Source of the DNA: a virus
Length of the DNA stretch: 62,023 nucleotides
IMG/VR virus record: IMGVR_UViG_3300001687_001193
Reading direction: 5' to 3' (one strand)
Part shown: piece by piece, positions 8,496 to 17,830 of the stretch
Position numbering within the stretch: the first letter of the stretch is position 1
Layout of the letters: each line of letters begins with the position of its first letter
Position numbers and translations under genes: made by a program
Notes under the pieces: model-generated
Told to the model about the DNA's origin: nothing
Seen by the model: only the letters and a program-made list of their open reading frames with translations
The model's database searches: none

Positions 8496-8837
8496 ATGGA
8501 TACAGAAGAAAGAACACATAAGACGGAATTGAGAGAGCTGTTAGCCCAATTATTGACGCGTGTACATGTACATGGATCCCGTAGCAGCGAAGTCAGAGAG
8601 TTTGTTTCGCAGCATAAAGACGTACCAGAGTTTTCACAATTGGCAGCTACTTGTATCTTTATGGTCGAAGGCCATGAAACTACTAAGCGAAAATCTGCGA
8701 AAATGATCAGGTACGCGGTGAGATGTGGAATGGCAATGGTTTGCTCTATTGTTCTGGGGATCTTTGTACAGCCATATATCGGTTTGATATTCATGCTAGC
8801 ATGGGTCGCTGGATTCATTAGCGGTGTGCGGCAGTAG
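8496..8837 (+). CDS. hypothetical membrane protein
   Basis: GAGGTG RBS; C-terminal hydrophobic segments. Confidence 0.4.
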   Translation: MDTEERTHKTELRELLAQLLTRVHVHGSRSSEVREFVSQHKDVPEFSQLAATCIFMVEGHETTKRKSAKMIRYAVRCGMAMVCSIVLGIFVQPYIGLIFMLAWVAGFISGVRQ

Positions 8838-9111
8838 TATGTGCACGCCAGTATTTTACAGATATAAAAGTGCTCCGATAGTAAAGGGCATGATTACCAA
8901 GCATCTAGAGGGCAAGCTGTTTTGTCCCGCGAAAACTGTTTCTGAGCGCAAAGCGAATATGTTCGATATCTATACGTGCCTCCAAACCCTACAATGTCAG
9001 GGAATTATAGGTAACTGGACAGTTATTCCGAACGAATGCGGTAAAATAACTATTAGATTTCAAACGTCATTTGTGACGTGGGATGAGATGGTAGTTTACT
9101 GCGATGCTTAG
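8824..9111 (+). CDS. hypothetical protein
   Basis: 95-aa ORF. Confidence 0.3.
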   Translation: MCGSSMCTPVFYRYKSAPIVKGMITKHLEGKLFCPAKTVSERKANMFDIYTCLQTLQCQGIIGNWTVIPNECGKITIRFQTSFVTWDEMVVYCDA

Positions 9112-9235
9112 TCAATTATAATACTGGTCGCAGGTGTAACTCAACTGGTAGAATGCCAGAATTTTTAGAATTAGCAGCACATGCATTTTCGTTGTGGAAG
9201 ATAAAAAAGTGCTATAAAGTCAATGGGTTTGGTGA

Positions 9236-9973
9236 TTGGGTAAAATGGTTATAAATAAGAAATACCAGCTAGAAAAAGACATGTGTGATGAATTAACACG
9301 GCGAGCAAAAGAAGCTGGGTGGGTTGTGTATCCAGAACAAGGCGGTTGGGATCTATTGTTGGTTCGAAACCATGTTCAAGTCGGCGTTCAAGCAAAGCTG
9401 AGACCGACCATAAAGTTGTTTTCACAAGCTATTGTCTCTGAGGAATATGCCGGTCCACATTATAGAGCAATCGCCGTCGGAAACATGAGCTTTAAAGAAA
9501 GAGAAGACATAGCCAGGGTTGCTAAAAAGTGTAGGTTGATACTCATAGACATGGGTTATCATCCAGATTATTGGCTCAGTGCCGCCAGAATAGATTTCTA
9601 CCTCGGAAAAGTATCGTGGCGATATTATAGGCATTTTCCTAGTAAGTTGATATGGACGCCTCCTTTTGTCCCCAAATTGGCTGCCGGAGTGCCACACCCA
9701 AAGACTGTGAGTCCTTGGATGGTCGCTGCAGTAAAACTTGAGCTTTTCTATTTAAAGAAAGGATACATTACCATAGCAGATGCTAGAAGAGTCGTCAAGG
9801 AAGAGGTCCCAAATAATAAAAAGAGTTTTCCTGGGACATTGTTACAAACATATTTTAAATGTACTAGAGAAAAAGCCCCGGAGATAAAGAGGGGGAAGAA
9901 GTGGAAGTTGAAAAGCAGTCCCTCCAAAAAATATCCACATGTTCTTAAAGAACTGTTAATATGTAAAAAATAA
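9236..9973 (+). CDS. hypothetical protein (possible PD-(D/E)xK-like nuclease fold, weak)
   Basis: GGWDLLLV...VGVQAK resembles a D...(E/Q)xK nuclease core; Lys-rich C-terminus. Confidence 0.3.
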   Translation: MGKMVINKKYQLEKDMCDELTRRAKEAGWVVYPEQGGWDLLLVRNHVQVGVQAKLRPTIKLFSQAIVSEEYAGPHYRAIAVGNMSFKEREDIARVAKKCRLILIDMGYHPDYWLSAARIDFYLGKVSWRYYRHFPSKLIWTPPFVPKLAAGVPHPKTVSPWMVAAVKLELFYLKKGYITIADARRVVKEEVPNNKKSFPGTLLQTYFKCTREKAPEIKRGKKWKLKSSPSKKYPHVLKELLICKK

Positions 9974-9974
9974 T

Positions 9975-10048
9975 GCAGGAGTAGCCTAACGGTAAGGCAC
10001 CTGACTTCCACTCAGGTATTTTTGCGGGTTCAAATCCCGTCTCCTGCT
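9975..10048 (+). tRNA. tRNA-Gly(TCC)
   Basis: Acceptor GCAGGAG/CTCCTGC, D GCCT/AGGC, anticodon stem CCTGA/TCAGG, loop CTTCCAC, T-arm GCGGG-TTCAAAT-CCCGT. Confidence 0.65.
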
Positions 10049-10073
10049 CAATTCTATACAGGAACATTAAAAA

Positions 10074-10346
10074 ATGATACTCTATATAATCCAAGGATAT
10101 TCATACGAAGAGGTATACGTAGTGTGTGTGATGCATGACAAAGGCGCAGCGATTAATCTCGCTAAAAAACTGGTAAAGCGAGAGTGCGAAAAACATAAAG
10201 ACAACATAGCCTTAAGATCGTATTGGTTTAACGTTTTGGAGGTTGAAACGCAAACTATATATTTCCCGGGATCTGGAACGTTTGCATCTAATAGCGAAAC
10301 ACCATGTATTTGGGACGAACATGACGAATTGGAGGAGAGCCAATGA
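10074..10346 (+). CDS. hypothetical protein
   Basis: 90-aa ORF. Confidence 0.35.
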   Translation: MILYIIQGYSYEEVYVVCVMHDKGAAINLAKKLVKRECEKHKDNIALRSYWFNVLEVETQTIYFPGSGTFASNSETPCIWDEHDELEESQ

Positions 10347-10564
10347 ACAACATATTCTTCAAAATAGGTGACATCGTGATACATAACACTCCGTTTTCTA
10401 CAAAATATGATCCAGGAGATGGCGTAGAAGGGGTTGTTATAGCTATGGTGTGGGGTGACATGCCTAAAGTTCGATGGAGCGACGGGAATGTAGAAACGTA
10501 TTGCCAGAGTGATTTAGAACTTATAGAAAGAAAGAGAGGCGACAGTGGCGAGGAAGAAAAGTAA
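10343..10564 (+). CDS. hypothetical small protein (KIGDIV-type N-terminus)
   Basis: N-terminal KIGDIVIH resembles the N-termini of the paralog set at 20940, 30076, 52328 and 58465. Confidence 0.35.
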   Translation: MNNIFFKIGDIVIHNTPFSTKYDPGDGVEGVVIAMVWGDMPKVRWSDGNVETYCQSDLELIERKRGDSGEEEK

Positions 10565-11564
10565 AAAGCCCGATTATTATGGACTGTTAGAGGTCTCACC
10601 TAGAGCCAGTAAAGAGGTAATAAAAGCCGCTTTTAAGGCCCTGATGGGCAAGTACCATCCAGACCACCACAAGACCGATAGAGTTGCTAAATCATTAAAC
10701 GAAGCGTATAGAGTCCTAATGAACAGCAAATCCCGTGCCGAATATGATGAGGAACGCGAGAATATAGAAGGGAAAATAATAGGCGACTATAGAGTACTCG
10801 AACTGATTGCGGAAGGCGGCTTTGGGAAAACCTATATTGGCGAGCAAATGTTAGTAGGAGAAAAGGTGTGTATTAAACATGCCTTGAGTGTTTCACCTCA
10901 AGACGAGGAAATATTGCTAGAAGAAACAAAGGCGGTGTGGGATCTAAGACATTACGCCATCCCAGCTATGAGGAATATCATTAAACTAGACGACGGAAGC
11001 TTAGCATTAATAATGAGCTATATACCTGGCCCGACATTGGAGCAGATGATAGAGCGAAACAAGAAGATCGATCCAGAGACTGTCTGTTGGATAACACAGC
11101 GAGTACTTAACGTCTTGATGTATTTACATTACCACGGTGTCATTCATGGAGATGTGAAGCCACAAAATATTATCATACAGCCCGAGTCACATATGGTAGT
11201 TCTCGTCGACTATGGCTTGTCTCTAATTAGACCTAAAAAGGACTCAAGTAGCAAAGGGTATACCCCATTCTTTGCGCCTCCAGAGCAGATTAAAGGATTT
11301 ACGCTGTTGCCGGGCTCCGATCTGTATTCTTTAGGTATGACGATGATTTACGCCCTGGGCGGCGATATTCAGAAAAAAGAGGTTCCATCGACGGTGCCTG
11401 CCCCAGTCTGTTCCTTCATAAAGAAGTTAATAGCATATAACGTTTTGAATAGACCCGATTGGGAGAAAGAGAATCTACTGGAAACGATACAAGAAGTCAG
11501 AATAGAAGCATTTGGTAGGGATTGTTCTTTTGGAAAAGGCATCCCTGGATTCACGAAAAAGTAA
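10545..11564 (+). CDS. J-domain (DnaJ-like) fused to a Ser/Thr protein-kinase-like domain
   Basis: GTG start after AGAGAGG. N-terminal YYGLLEV...KYHPDHH carries the HPD J-domain motif. Kinase motifs follow: AEGGFGKTY (Gly loop), VCIKH (VAIK), HGDVKPQNI (catalytic loop, HGD in place of HRD) and DYG (DFG). Confidence 0.65.
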   Translation: MARKKSKKPDYYGLLEVSPRASKEVIKAAFKALMGKYHPDHHKTDRVAKSLNEAYRVLMNSKSRAEYDEERENIEGKIIGDYRVLELIAEGGFGKTYIGEQMLVGEKVCIKHALSVSPQDEEILLEETKAVWDLRHYAIPAMRNIIKLDDGSLALIMSYIPGPTLEQMIERNKKIDPETVCWITQRVLNVLMYLHYHGVIHGDVKPQNIIIQPESHMVVLVDYGLSLIRPKKDSSSKGYTPFFAPPEQIKGFTLLPGSDLYSLGMTMIYALGGDIQKKEVPSTVPAPVCSFIKKLIAYNVLNRPDWEKENLLETIQEVRIEAFGRDCSFGKGIPGFTKK

Positions 11565-11578
11565 GAAGGAGAAAGAAA

Positions 11579-12553
11579 ATGTCAGAAACTGCCGATTTCG
11601 ACCCTGGTCATTGGAGAGGACACGATTTCAAGTCTGCTCGCAGAGCATATGATGTTCACGTCGACCGTAGCTACGACGATGCCGTTAAAGCTGGCAAATC
11701 TGTTAAGGACATGGTGCCAGGCGTTATTAAGACTAACAGTCCGGCGCCGTTGGTTATTCTGTGTGATGTTACCGGATCTATGGGCGAATGGCCAGCTACT
11801 ATCTTTTCGAAGCTGCCATACCTGGAACTGGAAGCTCAAGAATACCTTGGCGACAAGATGGAAATTTGCTGGGGAGCAATTGGCGACTACACTTGCGACA
11901 AATATCCACTACAGATTAGAAAGTTTACGAAGGGCGTCAAACTAAAGGACGAGTTAAAAGAGTTGATCGTCGAAGGTGGTGGCGGCGGTGGTGCCAGGGA
12001 AAGCTATGAGATGGCCGGTCTCTATTGCGCTAGGAACATTGAGATGCCGAAGGCTCTAAAGCCGATACTCATCATTATAGGTGATGAAGGATTTTACGAG
12101 ACTATTAACAAGTCAGACGCTAAGAAATACGCGCTGGTAAGCCTGCAGTCTAGGGTAAGTGCCAAAGAGGTATTTGCGGAGCTGCAAACAAAATTTTCCG
12201 TATATGTCGTCAGAAAGCCTTATGGTTACTTTAGGGGCGACAAAACCAGCGATGCTGACAAGACGATTCATGCCCAATGGGCAGAAGTCGTAGGAGATGA
12301 TAGGATTGTTATGCTGCCAGATGCTGGAAGAGTGGTGGACGTCATCTTTGGGTTGCTGGCGAGAGAGACTGATAGAGTCGAGTATTTCGAAGATGAGCTA
12401 AAAGATAGGCAGAAACCGGGTCAAGTTAAGACAGTGATGAAGGCTCTTGAAACGATACACGGCCTTGCTTCTGATAGCAAAAAGCTCTTAAGATCTGGTG
12501 CGTCGAAGATGCACAAGAAAAGTGATGGCAAGAAAACCAAATCGCTCCTATAG
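11579..12553 (+). CDS. von Willebrand factor A (vWA) domain protein
   Basis: AAGGAG RBS; MIDAS-like LCDVTGSMG; poly-Gly run. Confidence 0.55.
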   Translation: MSETADFDPGHWRGHDFKSARRAYDVHVDRSYDDAVKAGKSVKDMVPGVIKTNSPAPLVILCDVTGSMGEWPATIFSKLPYLELEAQEYLGDKMEICWGAIGDYTCDKYPLQIRKFTKGVKLKDELKELIVEGGGGGGARESYEMAGLYCARNIEMPKALKPILIIIGDEGFYETINKSDAKKYALVSLQSRVSAKEVFAELQTKFSVYVVRKPYGYFRGDKTSDADKTIHAQWAEVVGDDRIVMLPDAGRVVDVIFGLLARETDRVEYFEDELKDRQKPGQVKTVMKALETIHGLASDSKKLLRSGASKMHKKSDGKKTKSLL

Positions 12554-12569
12554 AAAGGTAAGGGATACC

Positions 12570-13550
12570 ATGGCCGAAAAGGCAACGAGTGGACTTGAAT
12601 TGTCAGCAACTTTGCTACCGACGTTTCCACATTTTAACGCATTTGTGGACGATCCTAGACTTGGTTTTATTAGAATGAATAGTGCCCAACTAGAAGGCGA
12701 TGAGTTAAATCATGAACTAGCGGAAGCTCATAGATTTCAAGATGTTAAGCCCTTATATTTCGATATTAAGGGCAGACAACTTCGCGTTACCAAGTCTTAT
12801 CCTCTGCCGGATAGGTTGGAATTAGACTTGAATCACGACGTCTACGTAGAGACCCCAACCACGGTCCTTTTTAAAGGAGGTGCCGACGGCTGTATACTCG
12901 AAAAAGTAGAAGGGAATCATCTTGTTTTCCGTGGCGGCCCGGAGTGGATGGTAGTTGAAGGAGAGTCATTACACATTCGGCATCCTAGCCTAGAAGTTGG
13001 TGATCCAATTTTTACGGAAATAGAAGTAGATAAGGTAGAAAAAGCACGTAAAGCCGGATTTGATAAATTTTTCCTGTCTTATGTAGAAGAGCAGAGAGAC
13101 ATAAATCTCGTACGGGAACTCATCGGCGACTCGATGTTGATGCTTAAAATCGAGAATAAAAAAGGGCTAGCGTTCGTAGAGAATCATTTCAAGAAAGAAG
13201 ATAATTTATGTCTGGTCGCAGCAATGGGTGATCTATATGTAGAAGTTGAAAGACCGCATCATATTTTATCTGCTCTCAAGTTAATCATTGGAAAAGATTC
13301 AAGAGCCGTGGCAGGTTCGCGGATGTTGCTTTCTATATCTGAAGAGCCGGTTCCGTCGGCAGCAGATTTTATGCAGTTGGCGTGGCTGTATGAAATAGGA
13401 TATCGTAGGATGATGCTCTGCGATGAGATCTGTTTGAAAGAAGAATATTTCACTACGGCGGTTAATGTTTTCGACCATTTCAGAAGGTCATATATAAAAG
13501 TAGAGCCTCCTAAAAAGAAAGGGTGGCTTACTAGAATTTTAAACAGTTAG
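12570..13550 (+). CDS. pyruvate-kinase-like / PEP-utilising TIM-barrel protein (putative)
   Basis: LKIENKKGLAFVENHF...AAMGDLYVEVE...MLLSISEEPVPSAADFMQLAWLYEIGYRRMMLCDE parallels the KIEN...ARGDLGVE...MLESM..PTRAE..DVANA...MLSGE barrel pattern of pyruvate kinase. Confidence 0.4.
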   Translation: MAEKATSGLELSATLLPTFPHFNAFVDDPRLGFIRMNSAQLEGDELNHELAEAHRFQDVKPLYFDIKGRQLRVTKSYPLPDRLELDLNHDVYVETPTTVLFKGGADGCILEKVEGNHLVFRGGPEWMVVEGESLHIRHPSLEVGDPIFTEIEVDKVEKARKAGFDKFFLSYVEEQRDINLVRELIGDSMLMLKIENKKGLAFVENHFKKEDNLCLVAAMGDLYVEVERPHHILSALKLIIGKDSRAVAGSRMLLSISEEPVPSAADFMQLAWLYEIGYRRMMLCDEICLKEEYFTTAVNVFDHFRRSYIKVEPPKKKGWLTRILNS

Positions 13551-13681
13551 TAGATGTTGCACGGTCCAGTGAAGGGATACTTCTATCAAGGACGTTCGTG
13601 GGAATCGAGACCCACTTTAGCCGATAGGGGCGAACCACCAATAAAGCCTCTTTGCGTTCTTTCCTGCACTCCTCTTATCAC

Positions 13682-13713
13682 AATGCCATTGGAGTGTGCC
13701 CTCCAATGGCATT
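13682..13713 (+). other. perfect 13-bp inverted-repeat hairpin (AATGCCATTGGAG-TGTGCC-CTCCAATGGCATT) downstream of gene 12570-13550; possible terminator or operator
   Basis: Seen directly; followed by ttcatctc (weak T-run). Confidence 0.35.
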
Positions 13714-13732
13714 TTCATCTCGAGCAAACACT

Positions 13733-13936
13733 ATGGAAGACATTATAGAAATCACAGTACGCCAAGTTATGAATGGTAAAGAATACAAGCGCGTCTTAAA
13801 GGTAGAACCGTCTAGTTTTAATATACATATAACGAGAAATGTCTCGTACGAGTATAAGGACGAAATTTGGGGCAAGCCATCGAAGATTGTACCAGATCCA
13901 GACAGTTTCGTCCACATTACGGCAAGATTGAGGTAA
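13733..13936 (+). CDS. hypothetical protein
   Basis: Internal ATG of ORF 13652-13936, downstream of the hairpin. Confidence 0.3.
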   Translation: MEDIIEITVRQVMNGKEYKRVLKVEPSSFNIHITRNVSYEYKDEIWGKPSKIVPDPDSFVHITARLR

Positions 13937-14059
13937 AGAACGGGACGCTGCCAACAATTTCCATTTCAATCATGGACTCGGCAGAAGTAAACGTTTAGCC
14001 AAAGCTAGGGGTAGTGCCCTTAGGTGTATCTCGGAGCTGATAGAATATTTAGAGGAAGA

Positions 14060-14893
14060 ATGAAAGACTACGAAACAAAATTGAAAGAGAAACAAGATTA
14101 TGGGACAGGTGCTACCAGGGATGCTGCCAAAGGTAAAGGTCGTTTCGACCTTATCCCTGATCTTGCATTGGCGAGGCTGGCGGGAGTGTATGAAAGAGGG
14201 GCACTCAATCATGGCGCTAGAAATTGGGAGCAAGGCCTCCCCATTTCGAGGCTTATAGATAGTGCGACTAGACACCTAGTACAATACAAAATGAGTAAAT
14301 ATATGCCAGAATTGGACGATGAAGACCATTTGGCGCACTCTGCTTGGAATATACTTGCTATCATACATATGGAAGAAATGATAAAACGCGGTAGTCTACA
14401 AAAAGAGTTAGATGACTTGCCGCGTTATGAAAGGCTGCAACAAAAGAAAGAGTGTGTCGAACTAAACAGTCAAGATATAATTAAGATAGAAAACGAACTG
14501 GGTCCACTTAGCGTCGATATCCATACAGATCAAAGAACCGTAAAGATACATCATCCTGCATCCGGCCACAGCGTTACTAAGTTTCGAAGCCCCGATCAAA
14601 GACACAACTACTCTTGTGCTTTAAAAGAATTGAAAGACATCTTGGACCACACAGAAGAGACCCGGCGAGAGGAAAAGAAAAAAAAGATAGAGGAATACTT
14701 TGAAGAAAATGCGCCCGTGAAGCCGACTGACTTCGACTTTGGTTTTGGCGACGAAGAAGAGGAAAAATTTGTGCCACATGAAAAAGCAGCTAGATCTGTA
14801 TCGTTAGATCGCGTGGCCAAACGTGGAAGTAAACATGTATGTAAAGGCGGACGTGGGTGTGGTCGCCATGCAGAGAAATTAAGTAAAAAATAA
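14060..14893 (+). CDS. dATP/dGTP pyrophosphohydrolase-like N-terminal domain protein (putative) with Lys/Glu-rich C-terminus
   Basis: AGAGGAAG RBS; GRFDLIPDLALARLAGVYERGALNHGARNWEQG resembles the phage dATP/dGTP diphosphohydrolase N-domain signature (recalled from memory, not a searched match). Confidence 0.35.
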   Translation: MKDYETKLKEKQDYGTGATRDAAKGKGRFDLIPDLALARLAGVYERGALNHGARNWEQGLPISRLIDSATRHLVQYKMSKYMPELDDEDHLAHSAWNILAIIHMEEMIKRGSLQKELDDLPRYERLQQKKECVELNSQDIIKIENELGPLSVDIHTDQRTVKIHHPASGHSVTKFRSPDQRHNYSCALKELKDILDHTEETRREEKKKKIEEYFEENAPVKPTDFDFGFGDEEEEKFVPHEKAARSVSLDRVAKRGSKHVCKGGRGCGRHAEKLSKK

Positions 14894-14907
14894 ACAAGGG
14901 ATTTGAA

Positions 14908-15153
14908 GTGAACGCCAAAGTAAGATATGAAGTACAAGAACATCCCGTCACGGTGGAAGAATCGGAAGAATGGGGTATAATTAGAGGGCAGCCATCTGCA
15001 ACCTTTCTAGTACTGGTCGTAGTCTGCAGGGGGATGTTTTTACAACAGAAGAAAATAGCCGTATTTAAGAGCGGAGCCGACGCGCTGACATTTGAAAAAT
15101 GGATCAATGAGCAGAGAGACATAGAGAAGATTATTGAAGAAAATACTATATAA
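14908..15153 (+). CDS. hypothetical protein
   Basis: 81-aa ORF, GTG start. Confidence 0.3.
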   Translation: MNAKVRYEVQEHPVTVEESEEWGIIRGQPSATFLVLVVVCRGMFLQQKKIAVFKSGADALTFEKWINEQRDIEKIIEENTI

Positions 15154-15195
15154 TTCCTTGGATGTTAAATCCAAAGGTCATGAGAGAGGTGTAAT

Positions 15196-16926
15196 ATGTC
15201 TAAGTTAAATATGAATAAAACCAAAACAATAGACGAGTCCGTGAGGAGTCGTATAGATGCCACGATTAATAAAGCTGGCGGATTAGCGTTTGAATTCGAG
15301 GATCCAGCAGAGTACTTGTTGGCGACCGTAGGGTCTGCTATGTTCGTAGAGCCACGATATTATGCAGACGAAGTTGACCTTGAGTCACTAAAAAAGGGCG
15401 AGTTTAATCATAAGGACTTGGACGAACAAGCTATAAAAATCATAGACGCGTGTATTTTGGTGGCCGAAGGTGAAAACCCAAGGGATCTGTTGGCTTTGGC
15501 GCATTGGGCTCGTACAGAGTTGCATATGCGCACAACCCCGCAAATTATGTTGGCGGTGGCTGCCAAGCATGTGAATACCAAGCCTTTTGTGCGAAAATAC
15601 GTACCACTAATTGCCCAACGTGCGGACGAAGTAAAACAAATTGTCGGAGCATACGAACATTTGTTCGGATGGAAGAAATTCCCTGCTTCTCTGAAGAAAG
15701 GGATTGCTGATCGCATGTCTACGATGAGCGAATACGAGTTGCTGAAATACAACACTAAGGGACACCCTTCTTTCGCCGATATACTGCGGTTTTGTGATCG
15801 CAGGCACAACTACCCGCTTTCAAAGCCGCTCAGAGAATATATTCTGAGGGGAGAAGTTATAGATCCAGAAGCCACTCCAATAATTGCTGCACGAAAGAGA
15901 CTTACGTCTTTGAGCGAATGGAACGATGATGTCCCATTTCTAGCTAAACAAGCTGGGGCGACATGGGAAGTTTTGGTATCTCAGTTTGGTAGCAAACAAG
16001 AAGTATGGGAAGCAGTGATTCCTTTGATGGGGTATATGGCTTTGCTGAGAAATATCGCCAACTTTTTGGACGCCGATATTTCTATGGAGAAAGTGCGTTT
16101 TGTAGTCGATAGGATCTCGGATCCAGAAAACGTCGCGAAATCAAAGCAACTACCGTTCAGATTTATGTCTGCTTACCGTATGCTCCATCCAGACCCAATG
16201 ACTTTCTATAGAACGCGCGATAGAAGGAATGTGGCTCGAAACAGAGATGCATGGAATAGGGCGAAGCTTCAAGCTTTTACAGAGGGCATAGAAGCTGCTA
16301 TGGATGCATCTATAGTGAATGTCCCGGTTCTTCCAGGTGTAACTGTTGTGGCAGCGGATAATTCAGGTAGCATGCAGGCACCCATCTCTGAGAAATCTGT
16401 TATGACTGTACGTGATGCCGCTAACGCACTGTGTGCTATAGTACATAAGCGCTGCGAAGAATCCTATGTATGTTCATTCGGCGATAATGCAATCTGGCCG
16501 CCTTTGACTAAACGCAATTCTGTATTGACAAATATGGAGAAAATTGCCACTCATGAAGCCAGACTTCGCGGACATTCCACTAATGCGTGGAAGGTTATAG
16601 AATATATGATAGATCATAATATAATTGCTGATAGAGTGATTGTATTATCTGATATGCAATGTTATGATTCTACTGGTTGGCGAGGCGGCGGCAATAGTGC
16701 TGCTGCACTTTTGGTAAAATATCGTAGAAACATCAAGAATGATTGTTACGCACATTTTTTCGATCTCCAAGGCTACGGCACAGCTCAGTCTAAGACTGAA
16801 TATGACAATATAGTTGGTGGCTTTAGTGAGAAAATTCTCAGCCAAATTCTGGTATTCGAGAATGCTGAGTCATCGGCCGGCGACAAGCCGCTTCCAACTA
16901 TGGAATATATTAGGGAAAACTTCTAA
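15196..16926 (+). CDS. Ro60-like RNA-binding protein (TROVE domain + C-terminal vWA)
   Basis: GAGAGAGGTG RBS. MALLRNIANF parallels the Ro60 TALLRNLGKM segment, and QLPFRFMSAYRML parallels Ro60 RIHPFHILVALETY. C-terminal VVAADNSGSM matches the Ro60 vWA MIDAS; length 576 aa. Confidence 0.6.
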   Translation: MSKLNMNKTKTIDESVRSRIDATINKAGGLAFEFEDPAEYLLATVGSAMFVEPRYYADEVDLESLKKGEFNHKDLDEQAIKIIDACILVAEGENPRDLLALAHWARTELHMRTTPQIMLAVAAKHVNTKPFVRKYVPLIAQRADEVKQIVGAYEHLFGWKKFPASLKKGIADRMSTMSEYELLKYNTKGHPSFADILRFCDRRHNYPLSKPLREYILRGEVIDPEATPIIAARKRLTSLSEWNDDVPFLAKQAGATWEVLVSQFGSKQEVWEAVIPLMGYMALLRNIANFLDADISMEKVRFVVDRISDPENVAKSKQLPFRFMSAYRMLHPDPMTFYRTRDRRNVARNRDAWNRAKLQAFTEGIEAAMDASIVNVPVLPGVTVVAADNSGSMQAPISEKSVMTVRDAANALCAIVHKRCEESYVCSFGDNAIWPPLTKRNSVLTNMEKIATHEARLRGHSTNAWKVIEYMIDHNIIADRVIVLSDMQCYDSTGWRGGGNSAAALLVKYRRNIKNDCYAHFFDLQGYGTAQSKTEYDNIVGGFSEKILSQILVFENAESSAGDKPLPTMEYIRENF

Positions 16927-16929
16927 GAT

Positions 16930-17043
16930 ATGACACGGCTGGGGTTATAAAGATCAGAACTACTCCAGCATGGCAGCTTGAAGAATGATCTGGACGAGGC
17001 TTGGCATATAGCACTCACCTTATCCCAGCCGTGTCATTTTTTT
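16930..17043 (+). ncRNA. candidate structured ncRNA (Y-RNA-like) immediately 3' of the Ro60-like gene
   Basis: A 14-bp terminal stem, ATGACACGGCTGGG (16930-16943) paired with CCCAGCCGTGTCAT (17024-17037), encloses internal hairpins and is followed by T7. It starts 4 nt after the Ro60-like stop. Confidence 0.35.
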
Positions 17044-17115
17044 CTAGATAAATCTATCAATAAGATAACATATTATTTGAGTCGCCGTGACTCGTCGTAT
17101 TTAAGCGAGGTACAT

Positions 17116-17262
17116 ATGTCTTTTTACAAGTATCTGAGAAATTCGCAAAAACCGGCGCATGGACTATCAGCCCGTGGTTGGGGATTTGTGCGCGAAGCCT
17201 CCTTGAATACAATTCCAGCAGGCAGTGTCTGCGATAAGGAGGCGAGGCCACCAGGCGGCTAG
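17116..17262 (+). CDS. possible small basic protein (48 aa), low confidence
   Basis: GAGGT RBS 4 nt before ATG; lies between two terminator-like hairpins. Confidence 0.2.
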   Translation: MSFYKYLRNSQKPAHGLSARGWGFVREASLNTIPAGSVCDKEARPPGG

Positions 17263-17287
17263 GCAATTTACACAAATCACTATGCAT

Positions 17288-17320
17288 GCCGCCTTGGGGA
17301 ACCCCAACGGCGGCTTTTTT
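17288..17320 (+). terminator. rho-independent terminator
   Basis: GCCGCCTTGGGGAACCCCAACGGCGGC stem-loop followed by TTTTTT. Confidence 0.55.
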
Positions 17321-17344
17321 ATTGCTGTTAAGAAAGAAGAAACA

Positions 17345-17749
17345 ATGGCACAGCTTGAAAATCAGACTATAGCAAGGATGCCGGTTAGGGAAACTTCTCG
17401 TATAAGGTTGCTGCTTAACGGAAATTGGCATACAGAAATTGATAGGATGTGGGGCAGGAAGCGCGTGAAGCGACATATATTCCGTATAGAGAGTACTGAT
17501 GGCACGCATACGTGGTTCGAATGTAACGAACAGTTGGCCGCAAACATCTTGGCTAATATAGAGCTTTTTATAGTGAAAAACCGCGTAGATAGAAAGAAGC
17601 TTGAGAAACTGACCATGGTAATTAGCCGTTCCGATAACGGCGAAGGTATGGCGACCGTGTGCGAGGACAGTAATGACCGTGTCCCAAGGGTCGGTAAGTT
17701 GGCCAGATTTGTAGGATGGTTGAAAGGTCTCGCGAAGATAAGAGACTGA
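17345..17749 (+). CDS. hypothetical protein
   Basis: Internal ATG of ORF 17225, just downstream of the terminator. Confidence 0.4.
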   Translation: MAQLENQTIARMPVRETSRIRLLLNGNWHTEIDRMWGRKRVKRHIFRIESTDGTHTWFECNEQLAANILANIELFIVKNRVDRKKLEKLTMVISRSDNGEGMATVCEDSNDRVPRVGKLARFVGWLKGLAKIRD

Positions 17750-17813
17750 AGCTTTGATGGCGAAGCAGTGGGCTCTTACCCCACAGAATCCGGTTCGATT
17801 CCGGGCAGTCTCA
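17742..17813 (+). tRNA. tRNA-Lys(CTT)
   Basis: Acceptor GAGACTG/CAGTCTC, D GCTT/AAGC, anticodon stem GTGGG/CCCAC, loop CTCTTAC, T-arm TCCGG-TTCGATT-CCGGG. Confidence 0.65.
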
Positions 17814-17830
17814 CATATGGTGAGGTGCAA

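Noticed and set aside
9112-9235. tRNA-like 5' sequence (GGTCGCAGGTGTAACTCAACTGGTAGAAT...) in the 125-nt gap after ORF 8824-9111
   Set aside because: It has a D-arm-like start but no T-loop (no TTCRANY), no pairing acceptor 3' strand, and no anticodon stem on either strand. At most a decayed tRNA remnant.
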